From assembly GCA_043800255.1 (NCBI GenBank), contig JAZDNF010000013.1:32001-96000 (forward strand): a stretch of DNA of 64,000 nt, given 5' to 3'. Each line of letters begins with the position of its first letter. The stretch's first letter is position 1. A program made the position numbers and the translations under genes. This DNA is from Candidatus Altiarchaeota archaeon (GTDB lineage: Archaea; Altiarchaeota; Altiarchaeia; IMC4; SCGC-AAA252-I15). A model generated the notes under the pieces. That model had not been told where the DNA came from. It was given only the letters and a program-made list of their open reading frames with translations, and did not search any database. Shown here one piece after another: positions 49,831 through 58,512 of the stretch.

Positions 49831-52652
49831 AACAGGCTCTTCACAATCGGTTCCAATTTTTCTGCGCTGCCGCCTCCGATGCACATCCTATTGTTTCCGC
49901 TGTATCCGCCGCCAATCTTCTCTGAAATCTTTTTCGCGACAGCTGACGCGTCCTCCGAGCTCGAAGCGACGATGAAGTTAGCCTTCTCTCCTGTGACGTT
50001 GAACAAGACCAGCAGCCTGCCCTCTTTTTTAACCAGTTCTTCGGCGATCTTCCTCAGCTCCTTTATGTTAGCGTCATGGACTATGTAAGCAACCCGGGAG
50101 GATTCTTTGAATTTCCTCTCTATATCTTCGACAACTTTGCCGGCATCTAACCCGCCCTGCTTCTCCTTTTCCTTGCGCAGTCTCTTCCACTCGCTGAAAA
50201 GTATTTCAGATGCTGATGCCAGGTCAGAGCTGCTGCCCAAGGTTATCTCTCCAAATTCTTTGCACTCGCGCACGAACCTTTCTAGGGTCTCCGGCAGTTT
50301 TTCCTTCTGCACTGAGAAGACTGCCGCAGCCTTAGTCAGAGCTTCCCTGTTGAACTCCCTGTTTCTGACATCTGCCGGCAGGTTCTCCAATGATTTTTGG
50401 AACAGCTCCTCCTCAGTCCCGCTGTGCTTGTCGGAGGCTGCCCCAGCCTTGAACTCCAGCCTTACGATTCCGTCCTGTATCCTCTTCGACCTCACCAGGG
50501 TTATCCTGCCAGCCTCTTTGGTGTTGTTGAGGTGGGTTCCACCGCAGGCTTCAGCATCAACACCCTTTATTTCAACAATCCTCAGCTCTGTGCCAGGCAC
50601 TGCACCGCCCTGGTACAATCTGAAGCCGTGCTTCTCCTCAGCCTCGTTCCGCTTCATTATCGAGACACGTATTGGGATGGCCTTCCCAACGAGCAGGTTA
50701 GCCTCCGTCTCTATCTTCTTCAGTTCATCGTCCGATACGCCCCTGTAGTGTGTGATGTCCAATCTTGAGATGTCAACGCTCTTGTGAGCTCCCGCCTGCC
50801 ACACGTGCGGACCGAGAACCTTCCTGGCAGACACGTTCACAATGTGCGTCGCAGTATGATGCTGCGACAGCTGAGTCCTCCTGTCCCAGTCGACTTTTCC
50901 GCTGACTAGCATACCTTCCCTGAATTTTCCTGCTGAGTCCACCTTGTGCGCTATCACGTTGCCGGCCTTCTGCACGTCCAGCACTTTCGCACTTCCGATG
51001 ATGCCGTAGTCAGCCTCCTGGCCTCCGCCCTCAGGATAGAACAGTGTTCTGTCAAGGATGAGATAGTCTCCTTCAACCCCCAAGACCGTTGCGTTGAACT
51101 CCGGGCCCTCACGCTCGTAATAGAGCTGCTTGGTCTCATCGTAGTTCCCCTTCAGCTGCAGCTCCTGCTTTTTCTCCCCCTCAACTTGCTCGTGCCTTTC
51201 CTCCACCAGGCCGTAGAAGTTTTCCGGAATCCTCAGGTCAGAGTTGAACTCCTTTATCAGCTCCGGGTTGATTCCTTGGGAGTCGTAGAGTCCGACCAGC
51301 TTCTCAGGGGTGAACTTCTCCCCAGAGCCTATCATCTTGCTGACCAGAGTCTTGCACTTGCGCCTGTTCTCATCGTACCTCTCACGCTCGACGTCTATTA
51401 TCTCATGCAGGCTTCCCTTCTCCCTGAGTTCGGTGTACCATTCACCGAACTCGTTCACGTGCTTGTCCAACACCTTGTGCAGGTCTATGCTCCAGCCGTG
51501 CTCATCCATAAGAGACCAGCATCTCCTCAGAATGCTCCTCAGGTTGTAGCCTCCTCCAACGTTGCTGGGCAGCGCACCGTCGTGTATGGCAACCAGGAGT
51601 GTTCTAGTATGGTCTGCTATCGCGTACAACGCCCTCCTCAGGTAGACCTCCTTCTTCAGCTCATCCAAGGTTATGCCCATCTCAGTTGAGACCTGGTTCC
51701 AGACAGGGTCCAGGTTGCCTAACTCGTCGATGTCCAATAGGCCGGCGTACCTTGCGAACTGGCTCCACATCCGGTTATCGGGCTTGACTCCGGTCTCCCT
51801 GTACAGGTGTTTCATCACATCTGGGAAGACGGTGTCGTAGCTCATCGGGACTCCCTGGCTGAACCACGACCACCTCTCGAGGCCTGCTCCCATGTCGATG
51901 ACCTTCGTCTTCAATTCCCTGGATGTTCCGTCCTGGAGGACCTCGTACTGCATGTAAACCTGGTTCCCGAGCTCCAAACCCCTGGAGAAGAATTCCATGC
52001 TCGGCCCGAAGTTGCCGCCGCCTGCCCAAACGTCCTCGTGATAGAATATCTCCTCAGGCTTTATTCCCAAACCTTTGGTTAGGAACTCGTGCATCTGTTT
52101 GATGCCTTCATCCTTGAAGTAGACGTTCGGCTTCTCTGGTGTCCTGAACGTATGCTGGCCGACCATTATGAACCCAGTATAATGCCTGCCGGTGATTCCG
52201 ACAGAGTCTATGTCCGGGAACCTCAGGCAGAATTGCGGCTCCAGCACCGCATCAGCCGACGGCTCCACGAGGCCTGCGACCACGTACGGTTGGAAGTCGT
52301 TGATTCCCGCGTTAACAAAGTAGAGCTCATCATACCATCTGCACACCACAGGATACCTTTTGATTGGAACATAGTCCCACTTTTTGAAGATTTTGACGTA
52401 CTCATCCCATGCGCCCTTGTAGGAGAACTTCTTCTTCGTCAGTTTTTCGCCGATGAACCTGTAGCCTCCGGAACAGGATGGCTCGTCACAATAATCCCTT
52501 TCAACCGCAGACCAGAAGCCTCGCCCGCATTTCTTGCAGACTTTCCTCGAGAACCCAATCTCCTCAAGACTGCCTACAGGATAATACTTCTCAAAGTTCC
52601 TGTGGAATTCAGGCTTCTTCTGCCTCTTAAGCTCCTTGAAATCCCAAGCCAT
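49827..52652 (-). CDS. alaS: Alanine-tRNA ligase (archaeal type)
   Basis: QFCLRF.DID.VG.TGRH, IADHTR, HTATH, CGGTH. Confidence 0.97.
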   Translation of the reverse strand: MAWDFKELKRQKKPEFHRNFEKYYPVGSLEEIGFSRKVCKKCGRGFWSAVERDYCDEPSCSGGYRFIGEKLTKKKFSYKGAWDEYVKIFKKWDYVPIKRYPVVCRWYDELYFVNAGINDFQPYVVAGLVEPSADAVLEPQFCLRFPDIDSVGITGRHYTGFIMVGQHTFRTPEKPNVYFKDEGIKQMHEFLTKGLGIKPEEIFYHEDVWAGGGNFGPSMEFFSRGLELGNQVYMQYEVLQDGTSRELKTKVIDMGAGLERWSWFSQGVPMSYDTVFPDVMKHLYRETGVKPDNRMWSQFARYAGLLDIDELGNLDPVWNQVSTEMGITLDELKKEVYLRRALYAIADHTRTLLVAIHDGALPSNVGGGYNLRSILRRCWSLMDEHGWSIDLHKVLDKHVNEFGEWYTELREKGSLHEIIDVERERYDENRRKCKTLVSKMIGSGEKFTPEKLVGLYDSQGINPELIKEFNSDLRIPENFYGLVEERHEQVEGEKKQELQLKGNYDETKQLYYEREGPEFNATVLGVEGDYLILDRTLFYPEGGGQEADYGIIGSAKVLDVQKAGNVIAHKVDSAGKFREGMLVSGKVDWDRRTQLSQHHTATHIVNVSARKVLGPHVWQAGAHKSVDISRLDITHYRGVSDDELKKIETEANLLVGKAIPIRVSIMKRNEAEEKHGFRLYQGGAVPGTELRIVEIKGVDAEACGGTHLNNTKEAGRITLVRSKRIQDGIVRLEFKAGAASDKHSGTEEELFQKSLENLPADVRNREFNREALTKAAAVFSVQKEKLPETLERFVRECKEFGEITLGSSSDLASASEILFSEWKRLRKEKEKQGGLDAGKVVEDIERKFKESSRVAYIVHDANIKELRKIAEELVKKEGRLLVLFNVTGEKANFIVASSSEDASAVAKKISEKIGGGYSGNNRMCIGGGSAEKLEPIVKSLF

Positions 52653-52713
52653 TCTCCGTTAAGTATTCTCGTTGCCTGTTAAAACGCTTTGAATTTTATA
52701 CCCTGCAGATTAA

Positions 52714-53268
52714 ATGTTTACGATGAACGTCCTATTCGCGACAGGCAACAGGCATAAGGTATCGGAGGCTAATCGTGTTGGGAAAGAATACGGTGTAAAG
52801 TTTGTCAGAGTTTCCTGCCCGTACCCTGAGATAAGGGACGAGTCCCTGGAGAGGATAGCGTCGGAGGGCGTCAAGCATGTCTACTCCCGGCTCAAGAAGC
52901 CTGTCATCGTGGAGGACTCAGGCCTCTTCCTGAAAGCCTACGATGGATTCCCATCCCCCTATTCAGCCTACGTGTTCGAGAAGATAGGCAATGGAGGGAT
53001 GCTGAAGCTCGTGAGGGGAAAGAGGAACAGGAATGCGGCCTTCAAATCCGTAATAGCCTACTATGACGGCAAAAAACTTAGAACATTCACTGGAGAGGTT
53101 AAAGGCAGGATCGCCTTGAAAAAATCCGGGAACGCAGGCTTCGGCTACGACCCCATATTCATACCAAAAGGCCACAGCAGGACCTTCGCCCAGGACCCAG
53201 AACTGAAGGAGAAGATTTCGCACAGGAGCAGAGCCTTCAAGAAGCTGATAACGTGGCTGAAGGATTAA
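52714..53268 (+). CDS. Non-canonical purine NTP pyrophosphatase (RdgB/HAM1)
   Basis: ATGNRHK, EDSGL, GFGYDPIF, SHRSRAF. Confidence 0.95.
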   Translation: MFTMNVLFATGNRHKVSEANRVGKEYGVKFVRVSCPYPEIRDESLERIASEGVKHVYSRLKKPVIVEDSGLFLKAYDGFPSPYSAYVFEKIGNGGMLKLVRGKRNRNAAFKSVIAYYDGKKLRTFTGEVKGRIALKKSGNAGFGYDPIFIPKGHSRTFAQDPELKEKISHRSRAFKKLITWLKD

Positions 53269-54395
53269 ACCTGTTCTGCGCCTATCGGCAATGATGTGTC
53301 CCCGAACTGTATTATCTGGACGTTCACTGTGATATTATCCCCCTCTGAAGCGTTAGGAAAGAGGAACGCGTTCATCTCATTGTCCAGTCTGATAATCTTC
53401 CCGTCAAGCACCAGCCCGCTCGGTGTTGAGACCGTGCCCTCGCGCCTGATGAACGGGTTCGTAATACCATTAGCCTGGAGGAGCTCCTCCACCCGCTCTC
53501 CTGTGCCGTTCAACAGCAAGTTTACTGTCCCGTTCACTATTGAATAGTTCGCCTTCATCTTGTCCAATCTTGATTTAAGGCCTTTGAAGTCGTCTGAGGA
53601 CAGGAGAACAGCCTCGCCTTTTAGGGTAACGTTTGCTCCCTCGTTGGAGAGTTTCTCCAGGGTGCCGTTATCCAGGCCATATGAGGAGAAGCTGGGCTGC
53701 GCGAGGGTGTGATTTTCCACGCCCAACTCTTCTATCAGGCTGCCGAGTTCCAGCGGCCGGTCAAAGGATGCGAAAACCCTCATGCGTCCGGCATCCAGCA
53801 CCTGGGCGTCGAATTCCGAGCCAGCCGAAAGCTTCGCAGTCTCAAGGCCTATCAACTCTTCAGGAATGTTGTCAACGACCTTCTGGAACAATATGATGGC
53901 AAGGTTGTCGCCGATCTCAAGGCCGGTCTCGCCCACAACGTATACGCTGTCCTTCCCGACCTTCCCCACGTAGGCTCTGTGAAGCGTGTACTTCCCCAAC
54001 TCAGACCTGGCCAGCCGCTCTATCGCGGGCAATGCCGCGGTCAGGTTGTTTACCTCGAATTTGACCATCAGGTAGGCGTCCGACAGTTCGATTCTGACTT
54101 CGCTTACGCCGTCAATTGCGGATTCCTGTATGTTCAGGAGGTTTTCCCTCTGGAGGAAGTCAGACCTCGCTGGCATCAGGACGTACTCGTCAGTCTTGCC
54201 GGTTATGACCGCCAGTATGGTCTCGTTGCCTGCGACCACGACAGAATACTGGTCCAAGTTCAGTTCAGCCTCCTCAGGCTGCTCATAGTCTGTGGTGTTC
54301 GTGAACACGAAAAACGCTGAGAACAGCATCACAACGATTATCAGGTATATCATGCCCCGGTTCTCCTTCCCGGTCTTCTTCCCGCCCTTTTTCAT
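53265..54395 (-). CDS. Hypothetical N-anchored extracellular protein
   Basis: Basic N-terminus plus TM; several N-x-S/T sequons. Confidence 0.75.
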   Translation of the reverse strand: MKKGGKKTGKENRGMIYLIIVVMLFSAFFVFTNTTDYEQPEEAELNLDQYSVVVAGNETILAVITGKTDEYVLMPARSDFLQRENLLNIQESAIDGVSEVRIELSDAYLMVKFEVNNLTAALPAIERLARSELGKYTLHRAYVGKVGKDSVYVVGETGLEIGDNLAIILFQKVVDNIPEELIGLETAKLSAGSEFDAQVLDAGRMRVFASFDRPLELGSLIEELGVENHTLAQPSFSSYGLDNGTLEKLSNEGANVTLKGEAVLLSSDDFKGLKSRLDKMKANYSIVNGTVNLLLNGTGERVEELLQANGITNPFIRREGTVSTPSGLVLDGKIIRLDNEMNAFLFPNASEGDNITVNVQIIQFGDTSLPIGAEQV

Positions 54396-54437
54396 AACAC
54401 CTTAAGTATTTAAAAAGTGGGTATAATAATCTATACC

Positions 54438-55115
54438 ATGGATTTTCTGAAGGTGAGTTACACTGGCAGGATAAAAGACGGCCCAGTTGTTGACACGACA
54501 GACGAGAAAACAGCGAAAGACAACAAAATATTCGACGAGAAGAGGATTTACAAGCCGGTGCCTGTCGCAGTAGGCGGAGGCCATATGCTGGAGGGCCTGG
54601 ACGACGCCCTCAAGGGGATGAAGCCTGGAGACAAGAAGAAGGTGACTGTCCAGCCTGAGAAAGGATACGGGCAGAAGAATCCTGAGCTCGTGAGACTTGT
54701 CCCGCTGAAACATTTCAAGCAGCAGAAGATAACGCCGATACCCGGGATGCCGATAGAGATAGACGGCAGAACAGCAAGAATCCAGACTGTTGCCGGCGGC
54801 AGAGTCAGGGTGGACTTCAACAACGAGCTCGCTGGCAAGACGCTCGAGTACGAGATAAAGGTCGAGGAGAAGGCCAAAAACGACAGTGAAAAGATAAGGT
54901 ACCTGTTAGAGCGCGCCTTCGGCAAGGCTGACGGCTTCGACGTAAAGGCAACAGAAAAGCCTAAGAAGGTTGAGATAACGCTGCCAGACAGCGCCTACAA
55001 GGACAGGAACATCCTCCTGAGGAAGGCCTCACTGGCTGCGGACATCTTCAAACTGGTAGACTATCCTAAGGTAAAGTTTTCTGAAGTGTGGGAGAAACCT
55101 GAAAAGAGCAGATGA
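54438..55115 (+). CDS. Long-type FKBP peptidyl-prolyl isomerase (SlyD-like)
   Basis: YTGR..DTT, GRVRVDFNNELAGKTL. Confidence 0.93.
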   Translation: MDFLKVSYTGRIKDGPVVDTTDEKTAKDNKIFDEKRIYKPVPVAVGGGHMLEGLDDALKGMKPGDKKKVTVQPEKGYGQKNPELVRLVPLKHFKQQKITPIPGMPIEIDGRTARIQTVAGGRVRVDFNNELAGKTLEYEIKVEEKAKNDSEKIRYLLERAFGKADGFDVKATEKPKKVEITLPDSAYKDRNILLRKASLAADIFKLVDYPKVKFSEVWEKPEKSR

Positions 55116-55765
55116 AAAAGCTCTTCATACCGGCTGAGATAGGAGACTTCAGCCTGCCGAAGAACATCCCGGAAGGCTTGGAAGGCAGAGTAGGGGTCGT
55201 AACAACCGCCCAGCATCTCAGGCACATGAAGGATGTGGAACTTTTTCTCAAGACGAAAGGCCTGACGCCAATAAGAGCCGGACAGATCATAGGGTGCAAC
55301 ATCTCGAACGCGTTGAAGGTCAAAGACTCTGTCGACTGCTTTTTATACGTTGGAACAGGCAGATTCCACCCAATAGAGATAAGCCTGAACGCCGGGAAGC
55401 CTGTGTACGCGTTGAACCCCATTGACGGCAAAATCGAGGCCATCCCGAAGGAGGAGCTGAAAAGGTGGGAGAGGAAGAGGAAGGCGCAGGTTGCGCTGGC
55501 TGTGAAGGCTGAGACGTTCGGGATCCTGGTATCGACAAAAGAGAAACAGTACAATATGATAGAGGCTCTTGCATTGAAAAAGAAGCTCGAAGGCAGCGGC
55601 AGGAAGGCGTTCCTCTTCATCGGGGAAGAGCTGAACCCTGACAACGTGCTGCCCTTCAAGGTGGATGCGTGGATTAACACGGCATGCCCGCGGATTGCGG
55701 ACGACTTCTTCAAGAAGCCTGTGCTGAACCCTGGAGAAGTTTCCTATATTTTAGACCAAGAGTAA
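55112..55765 (+). CDS. dph2: Diphthamide biosynthesis Dph2, N-terminally short form
   Basis: TTAQH, GQIIGC, GTGRFH, NTACPRIA.D. Confidence 0.85.
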   Translation: MKKLFIPAEIGDFSLPKNIPEGLEGRVGVVTTAQHLRHMKDVELFLKTKGLTPIRAGQIIGCNISNALKVKDSVDCFLYVGTGRFHPIEISLNAGKPVYALNPIDGKIEAIPKEELKRWERKRKAQVALAVKAETFGILVSTKEKQYNMIEALALKKKLEGSGRKAFLFIGEELNPDNVLPFKVDAWINTACPRIADDFFKKPVLNPGEVSYILDQE

Positions 55766-55774
55766 AGGTTAAAC

Positions 55775-56557
55775 ATGGGCCTGAACCTGACAGAAGAGGA
55801 ACTGCACAAAGCCTGTGAAAACATCAAGGAAGAGATCAGGAAATTCGCCAAAGAGTCTGGATGCGAGGGCCTGGTCCTGGGCCTGTCAGGCGGGATTGAC
55901 TCTGCCGTCGTGTTGAAGCTGGCATCAGACTCTGAAGTCAATGTCAAAGCGCTGCTGCTCCCTGAGGAAGAGCTCACGTCTGACGAGGACATGGAAGACG
56001 CTGAAAAGCTTGCTCAAGAACTTAGAGTAGAGTATGACATAATCGGCATCAAGGACGTCCTCGACGCGATCGGGGGAGCCTGCTCCTTTGAAGCTGACCG
56101 CAAGTCATGGGGAAACGTGAAACCTAGGGTGAGGATGACATTCCTCTACCTTACAGCCAACCTCGAGAGGAGGCTTGTCATGGGAACAGGCAACAGGACC
56201 GAGATAATGTTAGGCTATTACACCAAATACGGAGACGGAGGAGCTGACTTCTTCCCCATAGGAGGGCTGTACAAGACTCAAGTTAGGCAGCTCGCAAGAC
56301 ATATTAGGATACCGAAGAGGATAATGGAGAAGGTCCCATCCGCAGGCCTGTGGGACGGCCAGACTGACGAGGACGAGCTTGGATCAGACTATGAGACGAT
56401 TGACAGGATACTTTACAAGCTGCTTGACGAGAAGAAATCTGCCAATGCTGTCGCCGCTGAAGTCAAATGTAGGCTGGAGATAGTTGAAAGCCTGAAAAAG
56501 CGGGTTGACGCTAACATGCACAAGCGCAGCCTCTCCCCGGTGTTCAAACCTCTTTGA
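55775..56557 (+). CDS. nadE: NH3-dependent NAD+ synthetase
   Basis: SGGIDS, NVKPRVRM, TKYGDG, PSAGLWDGQTDE. Confidence 0.96.
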   Translation: MGLNLTEEELHKACENIKEEIRKFAKESGCEGLVLGLSGGIDSAVVLKLASDSEVNVKALLLPEEELTSDEDMEDAEKLAQELRVEYDIIGIKDVLDAIGGACSFEADRKSWGNVKPRVRMTFLYLTANLERRLVMGTGNRTEIMLGYYTKYGDGGADFFPIGGLYKTQVRQLARHIRIPKRIMEKVPSAGLWDGQTDEDELGSDYETIDRILYKLLDEKKSANAVAAEVKCRLEIVESLKKRVDANMHKRSLSPVFKPL

Positions 56558-56894
56558 CCCGGTGGTAGTCGTCCTCTATCCTGACCACGTCCTCAAGGTG
56601 GGATGTGCTCACCTCTATGACCTTCAAATGCGTTAAGGCCTCTATCCTGTGCTTGTCTCCAGGATGCAGGGTTATGGACTGGCCTTCCCCCAGTTCAATG
56701 TCTCCGTCCTCATGAACCAATTTCATCCTCCCCTCGAGGACGTACATGGTCTCCTTCTTTTTCTTATGATACTGGTAGGACAGCCTCGCCCCCTTATCAA
56801 CCTCAAGTATCTTGCCAGCGTACTCGTCCTCGAACGCCAGCCAGATCTCCTGACCCCAAGGCTTTTTTATGATCCTGACATCAACTTCGTGCAT
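56544..56894 (-). CDS. Cupin (mannose-6-phosphate isomerase type II C-terminal-like)
   Basis: KPWG, LSYQYH..K.E, HRI, EVST...DVVRIEDDY. Confidence 0.88.
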   Translation of the reverse strand: MHEVDVRIIKKPWGQEIWLAFEDEYAGKILEVDKGARLSYQYHKKKKETMYVLEGRMKLVHEDGDIELGEGQSITLHPGDKHRIEALTHLKVIEVSTSHLEDVVRIEDDYHRVKEV

Positions 56895-56897
56895 TTT
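56882..56897 (+). repeat. Direct repeat A copy 1 (CAACTTCGTGCATTTT, cupin start region)
   Basis: 15/16 identical to 57678-57693. Confidence 0.7.
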
Positions 56898-56998
56898 GGC
56901 TGCCCTCAACAATATGGGTCTATCAGATATTAAATTATGTTAGCAAGAATCGCATTTCCTAGGTTTGGAATGTTCCCCCGGCAGGTTTAAATATAGGT

Positions 56999-57014
56999 AA
57001 TTACTATAGTAATT
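56999..57014. promoter_or_regulatory. Perfect palindrome AATTACTATAGTAATT, probable antitoxin operator
   Basis: Lies between TTTAAATA (56986-56993) and the RHH gene. Confidence 0.7.
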
Positions 57015-57030
57015 GCAGGTGTCGAAGACT

Positions 57031-57276
57031 ATGGAAACCGTGCAGATTAGGCTGACCAACGCCCAGGTGAAAGGCCTGGACAAGCTGGTGAAGGGGGGAA
57101 TCTACGCGTCCAGGGGGGAGGCGGTACGCGATGCAGTGCGCAGGCTCGAGATTATGGCGTCCCTCCTCGAACTGCAGAACCTTGCCAAGAAGAAGGGCAT
57201 CACAAAAAACGAACTGCTTAGAGAACTGACGAAGGTCGGCGATGAGGTCTACGGTCAGAAATTCCCGTCAGCATAA
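57031..57276 (+). CDS. Ribbon-helix-helix antitoxin
   Basis: VQIRLT..LDKLVKGGIYASRGEAVRDAVR. Confidence 0.88.
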   Translation: METVQIRLTNAQVKGLDKLVKGGIYASRGEAVRDAVRRLEIMASLLELQNLAKKKGITKNELLRELTKVGDEVYGQKFPSA

Positions 57277-57664
57277 GGTTTTCATAGACGCGAACACACT
57301 GCTGTCGGGCTTATTCTTCGAAGGCCCGGAGAGCACCCTGCTTAAAATCGGCATTCTGGGTCAGATACGCCTCGTAACATGTGATTTCGTCGTAAAAGAG
57401 GTCAGAACGATTATCAGAAGAAAATTCAGCGGAGCTGAGAACCACTTCGACGACATCATCTCCATAATGACCGTCTTACCAACGGAAAAGGATGAGCTGA
57501 GAAGGGGGCTCATACGGGACAGGAAAGACGCCCCCATCCTCGCAACGGCTCTGAAATACAAGCCAGATTACTTCGTCACAGGAGATAAGGAGTTCCACAC
57601 TCCGGAGATTAAAAAACTGCTTAACGTCGTAAAAACCAGGAATCTGTTGGATAGGATACTCTAG
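57242..57664 (+). CDS. PIN-domain (VapC-like) toxin
   Basis: VFIDANTLLS, E, RDRKDAPIL, VTGDKEF. Confidence 0.9.
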   Translation: MRSTVRNSRQHKVFIDANTLLSGLFFEGPESTLLKIGILGQIRLVTCDFVVKEVRTIIRRKFSGAENHFDDIISIMTVLPTEKDELRRGLIRDRKDAPILATALKYKPDYFVTGDKEFHTPEIKKLLNVVKTRNLLDRIL

Positions 57665-57677
57665 GCTGTGATAAAAC

Positions 57678-57716
57678 CAGCTTCGTGCATTTTTACTCCT
57701 GTAAGAAGATATTTTA
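57678..57716 (+). repeat. Junction repeat: A copy 2 overlapping B copy 1 (GTGCATTTTTACTCCTGTAAGAAGATATTTTA)
   Basis: Matches 56882-56897 on its left part and 58465-58497 on its right part. Confidence 0.8.
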
Positions 57717-57819
57717 CCTGTTTAAGGCTTAAAATGATTAATTAGCAGGCCGTTCTGCTTTAAGATACATTTACTCAGGCATTCAATATATTTAGGCGTC
57801 TATTCTAGATTTTTTATGC

Positions 57820-58128
57820 ATGAAGGAGAAACCTAAGATTACGGTTCCGGGAAAGGAGATAGCTGAATTGTGTAGAAGATACCATATACGAAAGTTTAGC
57901 CTGTTCGGTTCCTCCTTGGGAGACGACTTCAGGGAGGACAGCGATGTTGATGTGCTGGTGGAATTCGAACAGGACAAGACGCCGGGACTTTTCGGAATAG
58001 TCCGGATTGAGGAGGAAATCGGCAGGATTTTCGGGAGAAAAGTTGATTTGCGCACGCCCAGAGAATTGAGCCGCTATTTTAGAGATTCCGTCATGTCAAA
58101 CGCCAGGGTAGAGTATGCGAGAGGATGA
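57820..58128 (+). CDS. Minimal nucleotidyltransferase (MNT) antitoxin
   Basis: LFGS...DSDVDVLVEF, GRKVDL. Confidence 0.92.
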   Translation: MKEKPKITVPGKEIAELCRRYHIRKFSLFGSSLGDDFREDSDVDVLVEFEQDKTPGLFGIVRIEEEIGRIFGRKVDLRTPRELSRYFRDSVMSNARVEYARG

Positions 58129-58447
58129 TCTGAATCGACTGCGCCACATGCTGGATGCTGCGGAGGAGGCATATGGTTTCGCGAAAGACAAACGTAAAGC
58201 CGATTTAGAGGAAAATCGCATGCTAGTCCTCGCAGTGTTAAAGGACCTCGAGATAGTTGGCGAAGCGGCTAACAAAGTATCCTCTGATACCAGGCGCAAA
58301 TGCAAAACCATACCCTGGTGTGAGATAATTGGTATGCGGAACAGATTAATCCATGGTTACTTTGACATCGACTATGACATAGTCTACAAGACCATAGTGG
58401 AAGACCTTCCGAAGCTTATTGAAAAACTCCGGAAGATAGTGGACTAG
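58115..58447 (+). CDS. HEPN (DUF86) RNase toxin
   Basis: EIVGEAA, IPW..I.GMRNRLIHGYF (Rx4H). Confidence 0.93.
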   Translation: MREDDLNRLRHMLDAAEEAYGFAKDKRKADLEENRMLVLAVLKDLEIVGEAANKVSSDTRRKCKTIPWCEIIGMRNRLIHGYFDIDYDIVYKTIVEDLPKLIEKLRKIVD

Positions 58448-58464
58448 AGTATTTTCCCGTCACA

Positions 58465-58497
58465 GTGCATTTTTAACCCCTGTAAGAAGATATTTTA
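58465..58497 (+). repeat. Direct repeat B copy 2 (GTGCATTTTTAACCCCTGTAAGAAGATATTTTA)
   Basis: 11-bp and 17-bp exact blocks shared with 57685-57716. Confidence 0.85.
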
Positions 58498-58512
58498 TTC
58501 ATCACAGTTAAA

